A DNA stretch of 48,168 nucleotides from Psammoneis japonica (lineage: Eukaryota): NCBI GenBank assembly GCA_008632985.1, contig QPGO01000035.1:1-48168 (forward strand), in the 5' to 3' direction. The notes below the pieces were generated by a model. The model made no database searches. It had not been told where the DNA came from and worked only from the letters and a program-made list of their open reading frames with translations. This document shows positions 22,101-33,640 of the stretch, in pieces. The translations under genes and the position numbers were made by a program. Position 1 is the first letter of the stretch. Each line of letters opens with the position of its first letter.

Positions 22101-24780
22101 ACCAAGACAGCACTTTTGCCACCCCACAAGGCAGAAAGTGTCGGCACACCGTCGTGCCCTTCAGAGTTGTGAACGGGCCCACCACATGTGTCACAATGGC
22201 CTGAGACCTTGAGGACAACAGGGACAATGAGGCCAAGAATGTGGGCATCTTGTTCAATGGCAGCAATGGTTCCTTTGTTGTCATTGACAACAATTTCGGA
22301 TTTGTGGAAGGATGCAACACCACCAGCCTGCGGTGTGTTGAAGCCACCCTGCTTGTTGCCCATCATTGCAGCCCATCTTTGAAACTCGAGAAATGTCTGT
22401 TTTCCCAAAATCAGTGACATTTGTGAGTCACAACCTCACCAGACTTGGAAAACTTCCAGCTGACTCCAAGAGCAGACTGCTCAAGCAATGAAAATGTCCA
22501 CAAACCATCCGAGACATCTCCAGTTTTGTTTTTGGGAATTTCTGCCAATGGCACATTCCGTGCTTCACTTGCCGAGTCAAACATCTGCTCAAGCTGGTCA
22601 AAGAGCATGACTTTGACCACAACATCAGCAACTCCAAATGGACAAGATAATCTCAATGGTGAGTTTGAAGGTGTCAAGTTGGGCCAGCCATGCTGTCCAA
22701 GCCACTGCTCTTTGTCATGTTGATCAGAACAAACAACCACACACCTTCATGCCAACTTCTCAGGACAAGGGATGGGATGTGCACTGCTCCAGCCCGGCAA
22801 TGATGAAGCATCTTTGACAGCCATGGAAAGAGAGGACACAGGTGGAAAATGTGAATTCAACACATCCTTGTCAGGTCTGTGTCTGTTCCCATGTGCATTT
22901 GGCTTGCAACAGTGCAAGGGCATCAAGCAACATCTTCGTACATTGGTGAAGGAGCAGCCCTTCAATGGGGGCAATGCACAAGAATGCCCACACAGTCCAC
23001 CATGGGGAGGTTCATTCACCAACATTGAAGAGACTGCTGTGGGCTGTGATGGATCATGCACTGCAAAGGCTGCAATCCCACCATCACATGCTTGCAGATG
23101 GACTCGCATCATGATGGTCAACCATTGTCCACCGGCCCAATCAAATGCTCAACAATGTGGATTGCTTCTCTTGTTGTGGAAAGGAAATTGACCTGGACCC
23201 ATTGCTGGCAAAATGCATCTCTGCTGCTCAAGAGCAAATGGCATTGGATCCACCAGCAGCCACAGACATGGAAGTCAAGCCCAAGAACATGCCTCATTTC
23301 TGTCGAAACACCAAATCTGCCAAGGCAGCAGCCGACATTGCCACAGCCATCTCAAATCCCAGTGAAGTTGAGGAATCCATCATGCTCAAAAACATTCTGG
23401 TGTCATTTGGCACATCAACTGAGCCAATTGCTCCAGCCAAAACTTGGTGATTCAACAATCCAAGCCACATGCCACCATCCCAATCCCTGCTGTCCCTGGC
23501 AAACATGGCATGCATGGAATCTGCTGCACACTTTCCAACACTCGCTGAGCTCAATGATGAACTTAATGGGGTGCACACAAAAGACAGATTCCTGCCAGCA
23601 ATGATGGACCATCTTAAACACTCATCAAATCCAGTGTTCATTGAGGTGCTCATAGTTGAAGCATTGATGCGCGAGCACAAACAACAGCATGGACTTGACT
23701 GGCCCTCAGCCCACAACCGGAATGCCTGGCCTGCACAGCAACACCGCAAATCATCCCAGTTGGCACCAAATCTGAATCAACTCACCCTTGGCATCATCCA
23801 GAGCAAGCACAAATTATTCTTCATTGCTTGCTGAGCCCCTGGCACCACTCACACCAAATGGAATCTTGCCCAAGTCAATCTCGAATGAACCATGTCCGAG
23901 CATCCCCACCAGCGTGTTTTCGGATGGAAAAATCTGTGCCAAATTCTTCATGCAACACCCACACAATGTGCAATTCAATGCACAGAACAAATGCGTCTGA
24001 AAAGAGCATCACAAACTCAACAGATGATTTGTTGTCCTCCAAAAGACAACTTTCATCTGCTCAAACCTTCTCCCAACACCAGCGCGTTTGTGCCAGTGAA
24101 AAGCGTCTTGTTGTCGTCTCACAATGGGTTCATGTCAACCACCCCAACATGCATCTCCATGGCCCCTTTGATTTTGCCATCATCAATGGTGGAAGACACG
24201 AGACTGAATGTCTCCCAAAGACTGGAGCATCCCATCAAAAATCATCCCAACAGTGCAAGAATGAGCCCCTGCACAAGCACATGTCGCTCCTGTCATTTTC
24301 ATGCCACGTCAACACTCAGTTTCATGCTGTCCATCAGGATCCCTCCATGGAATCTCGTGCATCTGCTCTCCTCACATGCGAGCACATGCACGGTCATCAA
24401 ATGCAGCGTGCCCCTTTCTGCCTGTCAGCTCACTGGCCCAAAACGGGCGAGCACCAAGAATTTTTTCAACCCCCTCAGGTTTTTGCAGCCACGCCTTTTC
24501 TCCTGACCCATCACATCTCTCTTTGCACTCCCATGGTGTTCTGTCCCCCTTTTAATTTTGATCTTGTCAAAAGCTCTGCAATGCAGCTTTTTCCATCTTG
24601 TCTGGGTCGTGGCTCAATGGCTGAAAAGCGGAGCTCGGCACCAGAGCTGATGTCAGCAACGCTCAGCTCTGGAAAGCCATTGACCATTGGCACATGAATC
24701 ACCAATCGCCAATGGTTTTCCTCTTTCCTCACCACTTTTTCAGTTCACCATGGAGAGCAGCTCATAATCTAGACGATCAC
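19200..24780 (+). mobile_element. Degenerate Ty3/gypsy LTR retrotransposon (RT-RNase H relic at ~21690-23200)
   Basis: PIQGCKHIINAGTSKP (IDTG), FFLLTAFSGCHQIRM (LD..SGYHQI), KCRHTVVPF.VVNGP, VVIDNNF (IDD), LKLEKCLF and RNase H GMGCALLQPG...CAFG. LTRs not resolved; 19200-21600 is unassigned and may include another element. Confidence 0.8.
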
Positions 24781-25201
24781 TCGCTTTTCACTCCCTTCCA
24801 CTTTTAAGATCGGACCTCCACGATTCAAATCCGAGATCCAAGATTCGAACCCGCGTCCATCCCGCGCAAACCGAGTCACGAATTCCAAAATGCGATGTTT
24901 ATTCCCCCCGCGAACCCAAACACAGCTTCGCGCTTTCCTTTACTGTAGATAGCAGCTGCATCGGCTCATAAAAACTGCTCATAGTCTTTCTAACGTACGG
25001 ATTATCACCTCTCAACTTTTGGTGCAGCAAAGTTACTGATTGATTGTTGTATCGCAATTGCAGCTTTTAATCACCTGAAAGTGCAGACCAATCTCAGAAT
25101 TCCGCCTACTTTCCCACAACCAAACCTCTAGAGCTTTGTCAGTCCAACATTTGTGGAGGTTGCCAACAAGTTGTGTCAGCTCTACAGCAGCAGTAGAAAG
25201 A

Positions 25202-26122
25202 ATGAAAGCATCAGCCGTTTCACCTTTATTATGGGTTGCTTTTGGTTTCCTTCTTGGATTTCAATTTTCTGTTCTTTATGGAGGATACTTCACATGCTTA
25301 GAGCCCATCACTCCCGTGCCTATCTTGGAAGAGGATAAAGAAGCTGTATTTGGATCTAGAAAGGACAATGGCTGGCATCAAGTTGATGTGTTTTATGGAG
25401 AATCGAGTTATCTAGACAGCCATCCTCCCCGCCGCGATCAGTGGGCATCGCAAGCCGATCAAGATCGCATCGTATGGTCGTTGCTCAACAAAAAATCGCG
25501 AGGGTATTTTGTCGATTTGGCGTCCAATGATGCAACGTTTTTATCCAATTCATATGCGCTGGAGACGTTGTACAATTGGACCGGGCTTTGTATCGAAGCA
25601 AACCCCCGATACTGGCATCGGCTCGCATCCAGACCCCGTTGCAAGGTTATCGGTGCTGTTGTTGGTCATGTCACCCATGAGCTCATTAACTTTACTTACA
25701 ATGCCTTTGGAATGCCATTTTCGAGATCGGATGGTGGCTTGTACGGCGGAATTGTCGGGCGTGACTTTGATAATCGGAAACAAGATGATAAAGACAAGAT
25801 CGTTGAGCCACGATACACCGTGTCCTTGACTGATATTTTCGACCGGTACAGTGTACCATCAACGATTGATTATCTGTCTCTGGATGTAGAAGGTGCCGAG
25901 TCTTATATTATGGGTGGCTTTCCGCTTCAGAATTATACAATTAAAATCATGACTGTGGAACGCCCCAAACCCGATCTAATGAAGAAGCTGAACGAAAATG
26001 GGTATGTTCTTATCAAGAATCAAACCCGATGGGGCGAGAAGATTTTCTGTCACGAATCTGCTCTTCCTTTATTAGACTTTGAAGCTGCAGGAATTGACAG
26101 ACCCCAGTTTGTTAAAGCATGA
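25202..26122 (+). CDS. FkbM-family (Star-like) methyltransferase with N-terminal membrane anchor
   Basis: SQADQD, YFVDLASNDA..LSNSYALE...WTGLCIEAN, IDYLSLDVEGAE, IMTVE. First in-frame ATG at 25202. Confidence 0.88.
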   Translation: MKASAVSPLLWVAFGFLLGFQFSVLYGGYFTCLEPITPVPILEEDKEAVFGSRKDNGWHQVDVFYGESSYLDSHPPRRDQWASQADQDRIVWSLLNKKSRGYFVDLASNDATFLSNSYALETLYNWTGLCIEANPRYWHRLASRPRCKVIGAVVGHVTHELINFTYNAFGMPFSRSDGGLYGGIVGRDFDNRKQDDKDKIVEPRYTVSLTDIFDRYSVPSTIDYLSLDVEGAESYIMGGFPLQNYTIKIMTVERPKPDLMKKLNENGYVLIKNQTRWGEKIFCHESALPLLDFEAAGIDRPQFVKA

Positions 26123-26484
26123 AGGTTTGTACGACGTAAGCTGCGGCTTGGCCGCATTCACAAACGGTGAGAAGACCAATACAGTAAAAGTTAGTGTATC
26201 CACATCACCACAAAAAATATCTTTTCCGCCTCCGAATCATCGCGCGCCATTAAAAGATTTCGGAACAGAAACCGTCATGACACACCGGTTTCAGGTTGAG
26301 ACTCAGACCAATCAGAAGCAGGGAATACGGTAGTGCAAAGCGAATTTCTTCTCTGAGAATGTTCAGTGTAGCAATAAAGAGGAAGAAGTAGTTTTTGTGA
26401 TGACTTTATATGAAAATAAAATATGAAATCAGCTAGGACAGCACAAGATACTTCTCTTGTACATTGTGAGTAATATTTCTTCTT

Positions 26485-27342
26485 CTACTGCCAGGCATCT
26501 CCCGCTCCAGATGGTTCGGTAAAGTCCGTCTTCAACGCCTTGGCCGCGGTTTCTGCCTTGTTGAATGACTTTTGTGCCAATGAGAGAGACAGCTTGACCC
26601 ACTCCTTTCTCTTCTTGTTATCATTTCTTGGATTCAAGGGCGGCAACGCCATGCGCCGCCAGTGAAGCGCCCCGACAAAATCCTTCTTGTGCAAGGCATT
26701 AAACGTAAGCGTCTGCATGACTTCAAAATGCCACGGCTTGATGGCGAGTGCAATACGACACCAATACTCGCTTTCTTGTGTGTCGCCCTTGAAATAGAGC
26801 AGAGCCGCAAGACGCGAGATGGGTTCGACCCATTCGGAACCGTAGTGTTCCACCATGGTGCGTAGTACCATTTCTTCGTGTTCCATGTGCGGACTGCACA
26901 CCAGCGCCATGTCTCGTAAACGCATGGCGCTCTCGGCATCGCGTTCCACCAACCAAAACGTCATGATTTCGTCAATGGCTTCGTCGGAATCTTCGAGACT
27001 CTTGATGAGTTCCATTTCTGCCTGACGGCGACGGCGAGAACTCTCTGTCAGAGGTGGAGGAATATAATCCGCGGGAGACACTGGAAAGCCGGGAGGAGGA
27101 GGTGCCTCGTGATGGTGTTCTTGAACGAGTTGAGCCGCTTCGCCACCCTGCTCGTACATGAGGTGTTCAAACAAGGCACGAGCACGATCCAATTCTTCCA
27201 AACTGTGTTCTTTTTCTTCAAACGAATCATTGGAAAAAACACGAATCGGCGTTGTTATCATTCTGACGCGAGTTTGTGCTGGCAGTGGCACAAACCCATA
27301 TGCCTGCGAAAAAACAAAGAGAAGGAGTGCTGTTCTCATCAT
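26485..27342 (-). CDS. TPR-like protein, probably plastid-targeted
   Basis: Signal peptide ending AYG-F (ASAFAP-like), and a TPR-like WVEPISRLAALLYFKG...ALAIKPWHF. Confidence 0.75.
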   Translation of the reverse strand: MMRTALLLFVFSQAYGFVPLPAQTRVRMITTPIRVFSNDSFEEKEHSLEELDRARALFEHLMYEQGGEAAQLVQEHHHEAPPPPGFPVSPADYIPPPLTESSRRRRQAEMELIKSLEDSDEAIDEIMTFWLVERDAESAMRLRDMALVCSPHMEHEEMVLRTMVEHYGSEWVEPISRLAALLYFKGDTQESEYWCRIALAIKPWHFEVMQTLTFNALHKKDFVGALHWRRMALPPLNPRNDNKKRKEWVKLSLSLAQKSFNKAETAAKALKTDFTEPSGAGDAWQ

Positions 27343-27849
27343 GGTGTGTGTGGCTATGGCAGTAGGGCCCTACCGGAAGAAAAATAATGTCGTCGTCGAC
27401 CGATCAAAAGTGATGGTTTTTCTTTTTGTGTGTGTTCGTTATTATTTGAATTGATGTGTGATGTCAAGTTCAACCAAGTACGAACGAATTCAAACGGTCA
27501 CAAGTAACAGTTGGCAGTAACAGATGCAGAACTCGCTCGAAATGCGAACCAATCATGATTCATCGTGGAATGTGATTGGTTTTGAAGAGAAATTGTGACG
27601 ACCACGTCTCCGAAGTTGCGAACGGCCATGACGTCGGAGTTTCCGCAAAAAATCAAAAATGGTATCAATGTATAGGTACATGAGGAAGAATAAAATTCAA
27701 AAAAGTACGCACGAGACTCCCGGTACTGAAATCACGTATGTGAAATACAGTGTATGTTGTTTGGCGTTTGAAACCAATCGAGTCGAAAGAGTCGTCAATT
27801 TCTCGTTATGTGGCAACGAATCGTTGGGTGTGCAGACAAACAAACACAA

Positions 27850-30783
27850 AAACGTAAACTGCGCCTGTGAACTGGGCACAGGTAGTACCGGTACAGGCTC
27901 TCCGGAGCCTGGGGGTTAGGGCCTCGGTGAGCGCCGGTTACCGCGTACATCAGTACCAAAACCTACGCAGGCCCTTTCTACTTAGGGGCAGGACATCATT
28001 CAATTATAGACGATGAAAGAACATTTATTGATGACTTTTCAGTCACGATCAAAAAATGTCCGACAGTTTCACGTGACCCCTGACACTTAAGTGATCCGAT
28101 GACGCGACGTTAAATGTTGTGAGACAACAAAAGTAGCGGCTTGACCGGCTTTTAGCCTTTCTTCTGGTACATTTTTCACTGGGGGTCTACACGGGAGGAT
28201 GGAAAAAATTGAAAACAAAAAATGCAGGGGCTATAGAGTTACAAAAACACAAAAAACACTCGACCTCCTTCAACCTCACACATCTTCCGATGGGAGAGGT
28301 TGGATGCGACGCGATCTTTTCTTCGGTCCTTGGGAGCGGTCGACCTTACGGCGCTTGGTATCACTAGATTGAGCCTTGGAAGTATCATACAATTGTCTGA
28401 GTGACATAGTACCTCTCTCCTCGTCAATCAGCCTTGCAGATTCCTGGAGTACAGCGGCACGGTCTGAAAAACCACGCACTCGCTCAGACCGTTTCAGAAT
28501 CAAGCCATACAGGTATGAACGACGACTGAGCTGCATAGTGACCCCACCCTGCCAATTCTTTTTGCTCACTCCTTTGTACTGTTCCAAGTGAAACTCCAGG
28601 TGCTCCTCCAACAATTTGGTCATTGTCTTTGGCATTTCTTTTGGAAAGTATGGTTGAGTAGCACCTGACGGCGGCGGAGGCAGATGCTGAACGATGCGCG
28701 AGCGAGTTGGATTCGAATCCAATACGGTACGTGTCTGAATCGCATTCCGACTACTCACAGCCATTCTGATGCTCTGCATCTGCTCACGTTGCTGCTGTTG
28801 TTGCTGCTGGTTTTGCCTCAGAATGATGTTAGTGAAATTTTGAACTTCTGCTGACAGTCGATCCATTTTCCCAACCAGAACCTGTGTATCGGTACGAACC
28901 GAGGAGAAAGCTGTCTGCGCAGCAATGTTCAGATTTTGAATCTCGTCTTCTTCTGCAGTGTCCATATCAGCCAACTCTTGAAGCCTGTCCCTTGCCCACT
29001 CAATGCACCTGCCGCCAAAAACACGAACCAATAGACGGGATACTTCGTGCTGCGGATACTCCGTGACCCAGTGGATGCCGTCTTGGCACAGGACGCGAGC
29101 GAAAAAAGGCAAGGTCCCATATAAAAAGTTTGCACCGCATGGCCACTTACGACCAACATTGTGTTGCTGTTTCCATGCAGGCAGTCTTGGCCATGTCATC
29201 TCTGCCAACTCAGTATCAGTGACGTTTGGTTTTCCGGGAACTAGTTCGCCGAAGGATATGTTGGTACGAGGGACGTAGTAAACCTTCTCCCCATGCAGCT
29301 TAGAGAACCCGGCGGCAATCAACTGCACTTGTGGAGGGATCTCAGGCAAGTATGAGACGTCAAGTGAATCTTTTCCATGTTTCGTCTGCTGCTCAATATT
29401 TTGCTTGGTCGCCCCGCCCATGTTGCTAGAATCGATGCCGGCGGTGCGAAGGTGAGTGCACTTTGCCCACGACGTCTTTGTTGCCCTGTACACCCGTTGG
29501 TATGCCTTACGGTGCGTGTCTAATGTTTTCCAACCCACTAGTTCATACTTGCACCAGTCCGGGAAACCGTCATGTTGATGTATGAAGTGGATTTCCGTAT
29601 CGCTATGAAACCTGCAGGCGGCGACGGCGGCGTTCACACCGGTTCCGCATCGCTTCCAGTCGCGGTGCCGCCACATGCCTGCAACTCTTTTTTTGTGGGA
29701 ACCTCGTTTGCCTGTAAACCGTTGCTCAATCAGAGCTATCATTGGACGTGCGACCGATTCGTTTGGGTTGCCGGGGCCGTGAGTTTCGTCATAGTGAATA
29801 TCCGCATAGCGTGTAAGTCGGAGCTGATCGCCTCGTATCATGGTCTGGCTGCAGCTGGTCCATGACACTACCAAGTTCTTCCAAGCAGCAGATTGAATAA
29901 TATAATTCAATGTCTTATCCTCAGCAACACGAGACAGAGTGTCCGTAGGCAGCTTGTCATGAGCTGATGCAAACGTAGTGAGCAAATTTTGGGTGTATCG
30001 CTCCTTGTGTGCCACCAGAGCGACGTCAACTGCCTCTGATCTCACAACGAATTTTGGATTGGGAGGTTTGTGCTCCTCCCAAGATGAATAATGCTGCAGT
30101 GACCAAATGACACGCTTGGCCGACTTCGGCGTGACGTCTCGTTTCGACACTACCTCCAAGAAGTACCGGTCGACCTGGTCTCGCGTCAAGTAAGGCGGCC
30201 CCGACAGAGCCGGCGATTCATCCACCCACCTTTTGTATGCATTCCACTCAGTGACATAAGTGCCATCCACCTTGGGTGGTGTGATGGTTTGGGCCAACAA
30301 GTCTCCCATGGAGACCTGAGACGCCATCTTGGGTCTGTTCTGCTCATTATGATAGCCTCGAGGGATGGTCTTTTGGGGTGCACCCACCTTACTATCAAAA
30401 GAAAAGAGGTTTTTGAAATCAAACGCTCACTTATGGCGTTCGATAAGTGGAGTCGTTTCGAATCATGTTGACATTCGAGTGGGAAGAAAGAACATTTCGA
30501 TAAGTGGATTTTATGTCTTGTCCTGTTCTGAAGGTTCTTATCTTCACTAACCACAGGCCTATCCGGGGTCCGGGAACCGGTTCCGGGGGTGGTTCCGGCG
30601 CCGGCCTCCTACGGGCAGGAACCACTGAGGACTCCCCCCGGTTAGCGCGGTTAACCCGTGACGTCAGGGGGAAGCGCGCCCCCCAAGTAGGGCCCTAACT
30701 ACTAAAAGGACATGTTGCATCGCGACAGAGATACCGGTGGAATGTGCTGGTCTACTTGCCAGACTCACCAAACGTAAACTGCG
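27850..30783 (-). mobile_element. Putative intact Crypton DNA transposon
   Basis: Single YR ORF between GC-rich subterminal tracts, bracketed by a 14-bp direct repeat aaacgtaaactgcg (27850-27863 and 30770-30783). Exact ends unproven. Confidence 0.6.
28276..30327 (-). CDS. Crypton-type (Ndc10-II-like) tyrosine recombinase with probable C-terminal GCR1_C-like domain
   Basis: Candidate catalytic set R (MIRGDQLR), K (TGK), H..R (THLR), H (TKH), Y (VSYLPEIP...AAGF); also RHRDWKRC, YYVPR, VLCQDG, and C-terminal PKTMTKLLEEH...W...SRR. First ATG at 30327 (30387 is GTG). Confidence 0.82.
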   Translation of the reverse strand: MASQVSMGDLLAQTITPPKVDGTYVTEWNAYKRWVDESPALSGPPYLTRDQVDRYFLEVVSKRDVTPKSAKRVIWSLQHYSSWEEHKPPNPKFVVRSEAVDVALVAHKERYTQNLLTTFASAHDKLPTDTLSRVAEDKTLNYIIQSAAWKNLVVSWTSCSQTMIRGDQLRLTRYADIHYDETHGPGNPNESVARPMIALIEQRFTGKRGSHKKRVAGMWRHRDWKRCGTGVNAAVAACRFHSDTEIHFIHQHDGFPDWCKYELVGWKTLDTHRKAYQRVYRATKTSWAKCTHLRTAGIDSSNMGGATKQNIEQQTKHGKDSLDVSYLPEIPPQVQLIAAGFSKLHGEKVYYVPRTNISFGELVPGKPNVTDTELAEMTWPRLPAWKQQHNVGRKWPCGANFLYGTLPFFARVLCQDGIHWVTEYPQHEVSRLLVRVFGGRCIEWARDRLQELADMDTAEEDEIQNLNIAAQTAFSSVRTDTQVLVGKMDRLSAEVQNFTNIILRQNQQQQQQQREQMQSIRMAVSSRNAIQTRTVLDSNPTRSRIVQHLPPPPSGATQPYFPKEMPKTMTKLLEEHLEFHLEQYKGVSKKNWQGGVTMQLSRRSYLYGLILKRSERVRGFSDRAAVLQESARLIDEERGTMSLRQLYDTSKAQSSDTKRRKVDRSQGPKKRSRRIQPLPSEDV

Positions 30784-31229
30784 AGTTAGGTTCTAGCATA
30801 CTTCTAGTTGTGTCGACAGAGCTACCTGCGGAATGTGTTAGTTTACGTGCGCGAGACTCACCATGATAGACGCAGAAACGACTCATTCGGAGAAGTGTCT
30901 AAGACTGAGAAAGCCCCAGAGTGCCCCAGACCTTTCCCCCACACAGTACAGACCTCCCATGTTGGGAGCGGCCCCAGACCAGTCAGTGTTTTACTCGGAC
31001 CAACAAATCACGTCGATACTGTACGAGGATGCCTATCTTGACCTGTACCTCTAGTGTATGTTGAATGGTAGCTACAGTAGTTACGATTTGAATGTTGAAA
31101 TATGAATGATCCATTTACACAGCTTTTCACTAGACTAGAAAAAACACATGGGGGGTGCGATTCGAAAAAAACAGGGGTTTGGCAACATGAAGATTGACTT
31201 TTTGACATGCACGATACAGAAAGTCAACG

Positions 31230-33155
31230 CTAAAACGCGACGGTATCATCCATGGAGTACGATCTCTCATTTGTGCCAGAAGTCCCCGGTGACCACCGAA
31301 TCTCGGTACCACTACTACTCGCCGCCGACATGTGTGAATGACTGTCGGTGGTTTCCGCCTTGGAATGATTGCTATTGTTTGTTGGTTGCAATTCACTGTC
31401 CACGGCGACAATGGACGGCAACGAATCTTGTGGAAAGGGTTGACTGTAGACACTGCTGGCGCTTTTGCTGCTGTTTGCTGGAGACGGTTTCGTCCAATCA
31501 AAGGACTTGGAGAGAGCGGTGGGTGTCTTTACCACATTGAGAACAACAGGCGAAGATTGGAAATGGTTAGGATAGGGTTTGTCTGGTTTGGTACACGTGT
31601 CGTGGGAATCGACACTGTTGCTTCTGTCATTGCTTTCATTTTGTCTGTCGACCTTGCTTTCATTTTGACTTGCAATCTCGTTTTGGTCTTGTCTTTCGTC
31701 CTTGCTGTCGTTTTGACTTCCGTCCTTGCTATGTTCTTCCTCTTCTTCCAACGTAGCCAGGACGGTCCTTGGCGTGGCGTCGCTGCTCGTGGTACTCTGG
31801 ACTGGTTCCAAATCATAAAAACCATTGATTCTCTTGTGTTGGGGCTGGTGAACTTCTTGGGACAGCGACACGCACCGTGTTGCGGCTTGAAGCTCGCGAC
31901 GTCTGTGCCAAACACAGACGGCAATCAAGATTGCCACAGCAACCAATCCCAAGGTCAAGATCGCAATGCCTACTCCCGACATGCCGCCACCGCCACCGTC
32001 TTCTGAGAACGAGTCTTTGTCATTCTCGGGTGGCAAAGTGGGTTTCTCGGTTTTTGGTGGTTCCGTATCATTAGGAGGTTGCGTCTCTACTGGAGGTTCA
32101 GTGTCGATGGGCGGTTGCGTTATAACAGGAGGTTCAGTGTAGACGGGCGGCTGCGTCTCTACTGGAGGTTGCGTTTCAACGGGTGGCTGTGTCTCGATTA
32201 CTGGTGGTATGGTCAGTACAGGTGGATTTGTTTCTGCTGGAGGTTGCGTTTCAACTGGAGGTTGAGTTGCAACTGGTGGCTGTGTCTCGATTATGGGTGG
32301 CTGCGTCTCGATTACGGGTGGTACGGTCAGTACAGGTGGATTTGTTTGTACCGGCGGTTGCGTATCTGGAAGTGGTAGTGTCGTTCCTGGATTTGCCACC
32401 GGAGAATCACCCAAAAAGAATACAGACTTTACACCCGATTCCTCATCTTCAAATGGATCAGCTGTAGACAAGAAGGCGCCTCGTACAATATCATAGATGT
32501 CCTGTTCCACTTGATCCTTGTCGCCTTGATCTTCACTGGAATAGAGCACCACGCTATCTCGCATGACAAAGCACGTCCTGTCTTCGTCGTTGTTCTCATT
32601 TTGATTCTTGAGAACTCTGCAATCAAAGACTTCACTGAGAGCTGTAGCAGGAGGGCCGACATGGGCGGCCTTGAAGGCATATAATCGCCTCTCTCGACGT
32701 CGTCCGAGCCAATCACACACAAAGGCCTTGTTGGCCAAGACGCGCTTGAGTTTTTCATTCACATATTCTGCCGCCTCTTCTACATCATCGTCGTCCTCTA
32801 CAAGCAATTCATAGAAAAAGACCACCTTGGTTTTTTTCTTCAAATTAAAAAGATCTTGGTATTTTTGAGTTTCACAGGGAAAGACTTCTTCTGGGGCCTT
32901 GTCGGTCAACTTGTCATTATCAGCCTTGAGAACTCGTCGTGGCGTTTGCTGCTGAGGTCGGGTGACGCCTCGGAGTGTAGGGACCGCTTGGACTGTAGAT
33001 ATGGCTGAAAACAGAAGTACTGGTATAACCAGATATGAGCGATAGAGTGCCATCATCATGGCGTATGATAGATGGGGTTCCTCGATGCGGCTTTGATTGT
33101 GGTTGTGTGCGGGAAAACGGTATGTTGGTGGGAGCGGTGGTTGATCGGATGGCAC
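31230..33155 (-). CDS. Type I membrane/cell-surface protein with Pro/Thr-rich repeat stalk
   Basis: Signal-like LVIPVLLFSAISTVQA, RRERRL processing-like motif, more than ten (E/D)TQPP-type repeats, TM helix VGIAILTLGLVAVAILIAVCVW then HRRR. True start may be a downstream Met near 33059. Confidence 0.8.
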   Translation of the reverse strand: MPSDQPPLPPTYRFPAHNHNQSRIEEPHLSYAMMMALYRSYLVIPVLLFSAISTVQAVPTLRGVTRPQQQTPRRVLKADNDKLTDKAPEEVFPCETQKYQDLFNLKKKTKVVFFYELLVEDDDDVEEAAEYVNEKLKRVLANKAFVCDWLGRRRERRLYAFKAAHVGPPATALSEVFDCRVLKNQNENNDEDRTCFVMRDSVVLYSSEDQGDKDQVEQDIYDIVRGAFLSTADPFEDEESGVKSVFFLGDSPVANPGTTLPLPDTQPPVQTNPPVLTVPPVIETQPPIIETQPPVATQPPVETQPPAETNPPVLTIPPVIETQPPVETQPPVETQPPVYTEPPVITQPPIDTEPPVETQPPNDTEPPKTEKPTLPPENDKDSFSEDGGGGGMSGVGIAILTLGLVAVAILIAVCVWHRRRELQAATRCVSLSQEVHQPQHKRINGFYDLEPVQSTTSSDATPRTVLATLEEEEEHSKDGSQNDSKDERQDQNEIASQNESKVDRQNESNDRSNSVDSHDTCTKPDKPYPNHFQSSPVVLNVVKTPTALSKSFDWTKPSPANSSKSASSVYSQPFPQDSLPSIVAVDSELQPTNNSNHSKAETTDSHSHMSAASSSGTEIRWSPGTSGTNERSYSMDDTVAF

Positions 33156-33640
33156 TTTTTCATTTGAAATTCATTGAAACTATGGATTTGTAGACCGATA
33201 AAAGCGGTCAGGTTATTTAGATCCTCAAGTGTGGACCTTATATATATGTTTTCTACGTATGTCACACGATGTTGTCACGGGATATAAACAATTGTTCTTT
33301 ATATATTCATTTAATATATTTAATCTTCCCAACGAATACAATAAGTATATATTTAATACCTTTCAATATGATAATTTAACCGTTTTGTTAAACACGGAAA
33401 TTCAGTATCAAATTTATCTTGAACCGGTAACTCGACGTTTCATAGTCGTTTCAGATATAAATTTTAATCATTTTGGAGACAAGTGGTATTCAACGACTTG
33501 TCGCGCCAAAATTTTGAATTCGTTTTGAGAGGGGAGGCTCTTTGTGTGCTCGCTTGTCTGTGCTCTTCTTTCTTGCTGTGATCTGCTGTCTGTGCTCTGC
33601 GGCAATCACACACAAAAATAAAACAAGAAGCAACCCCACC

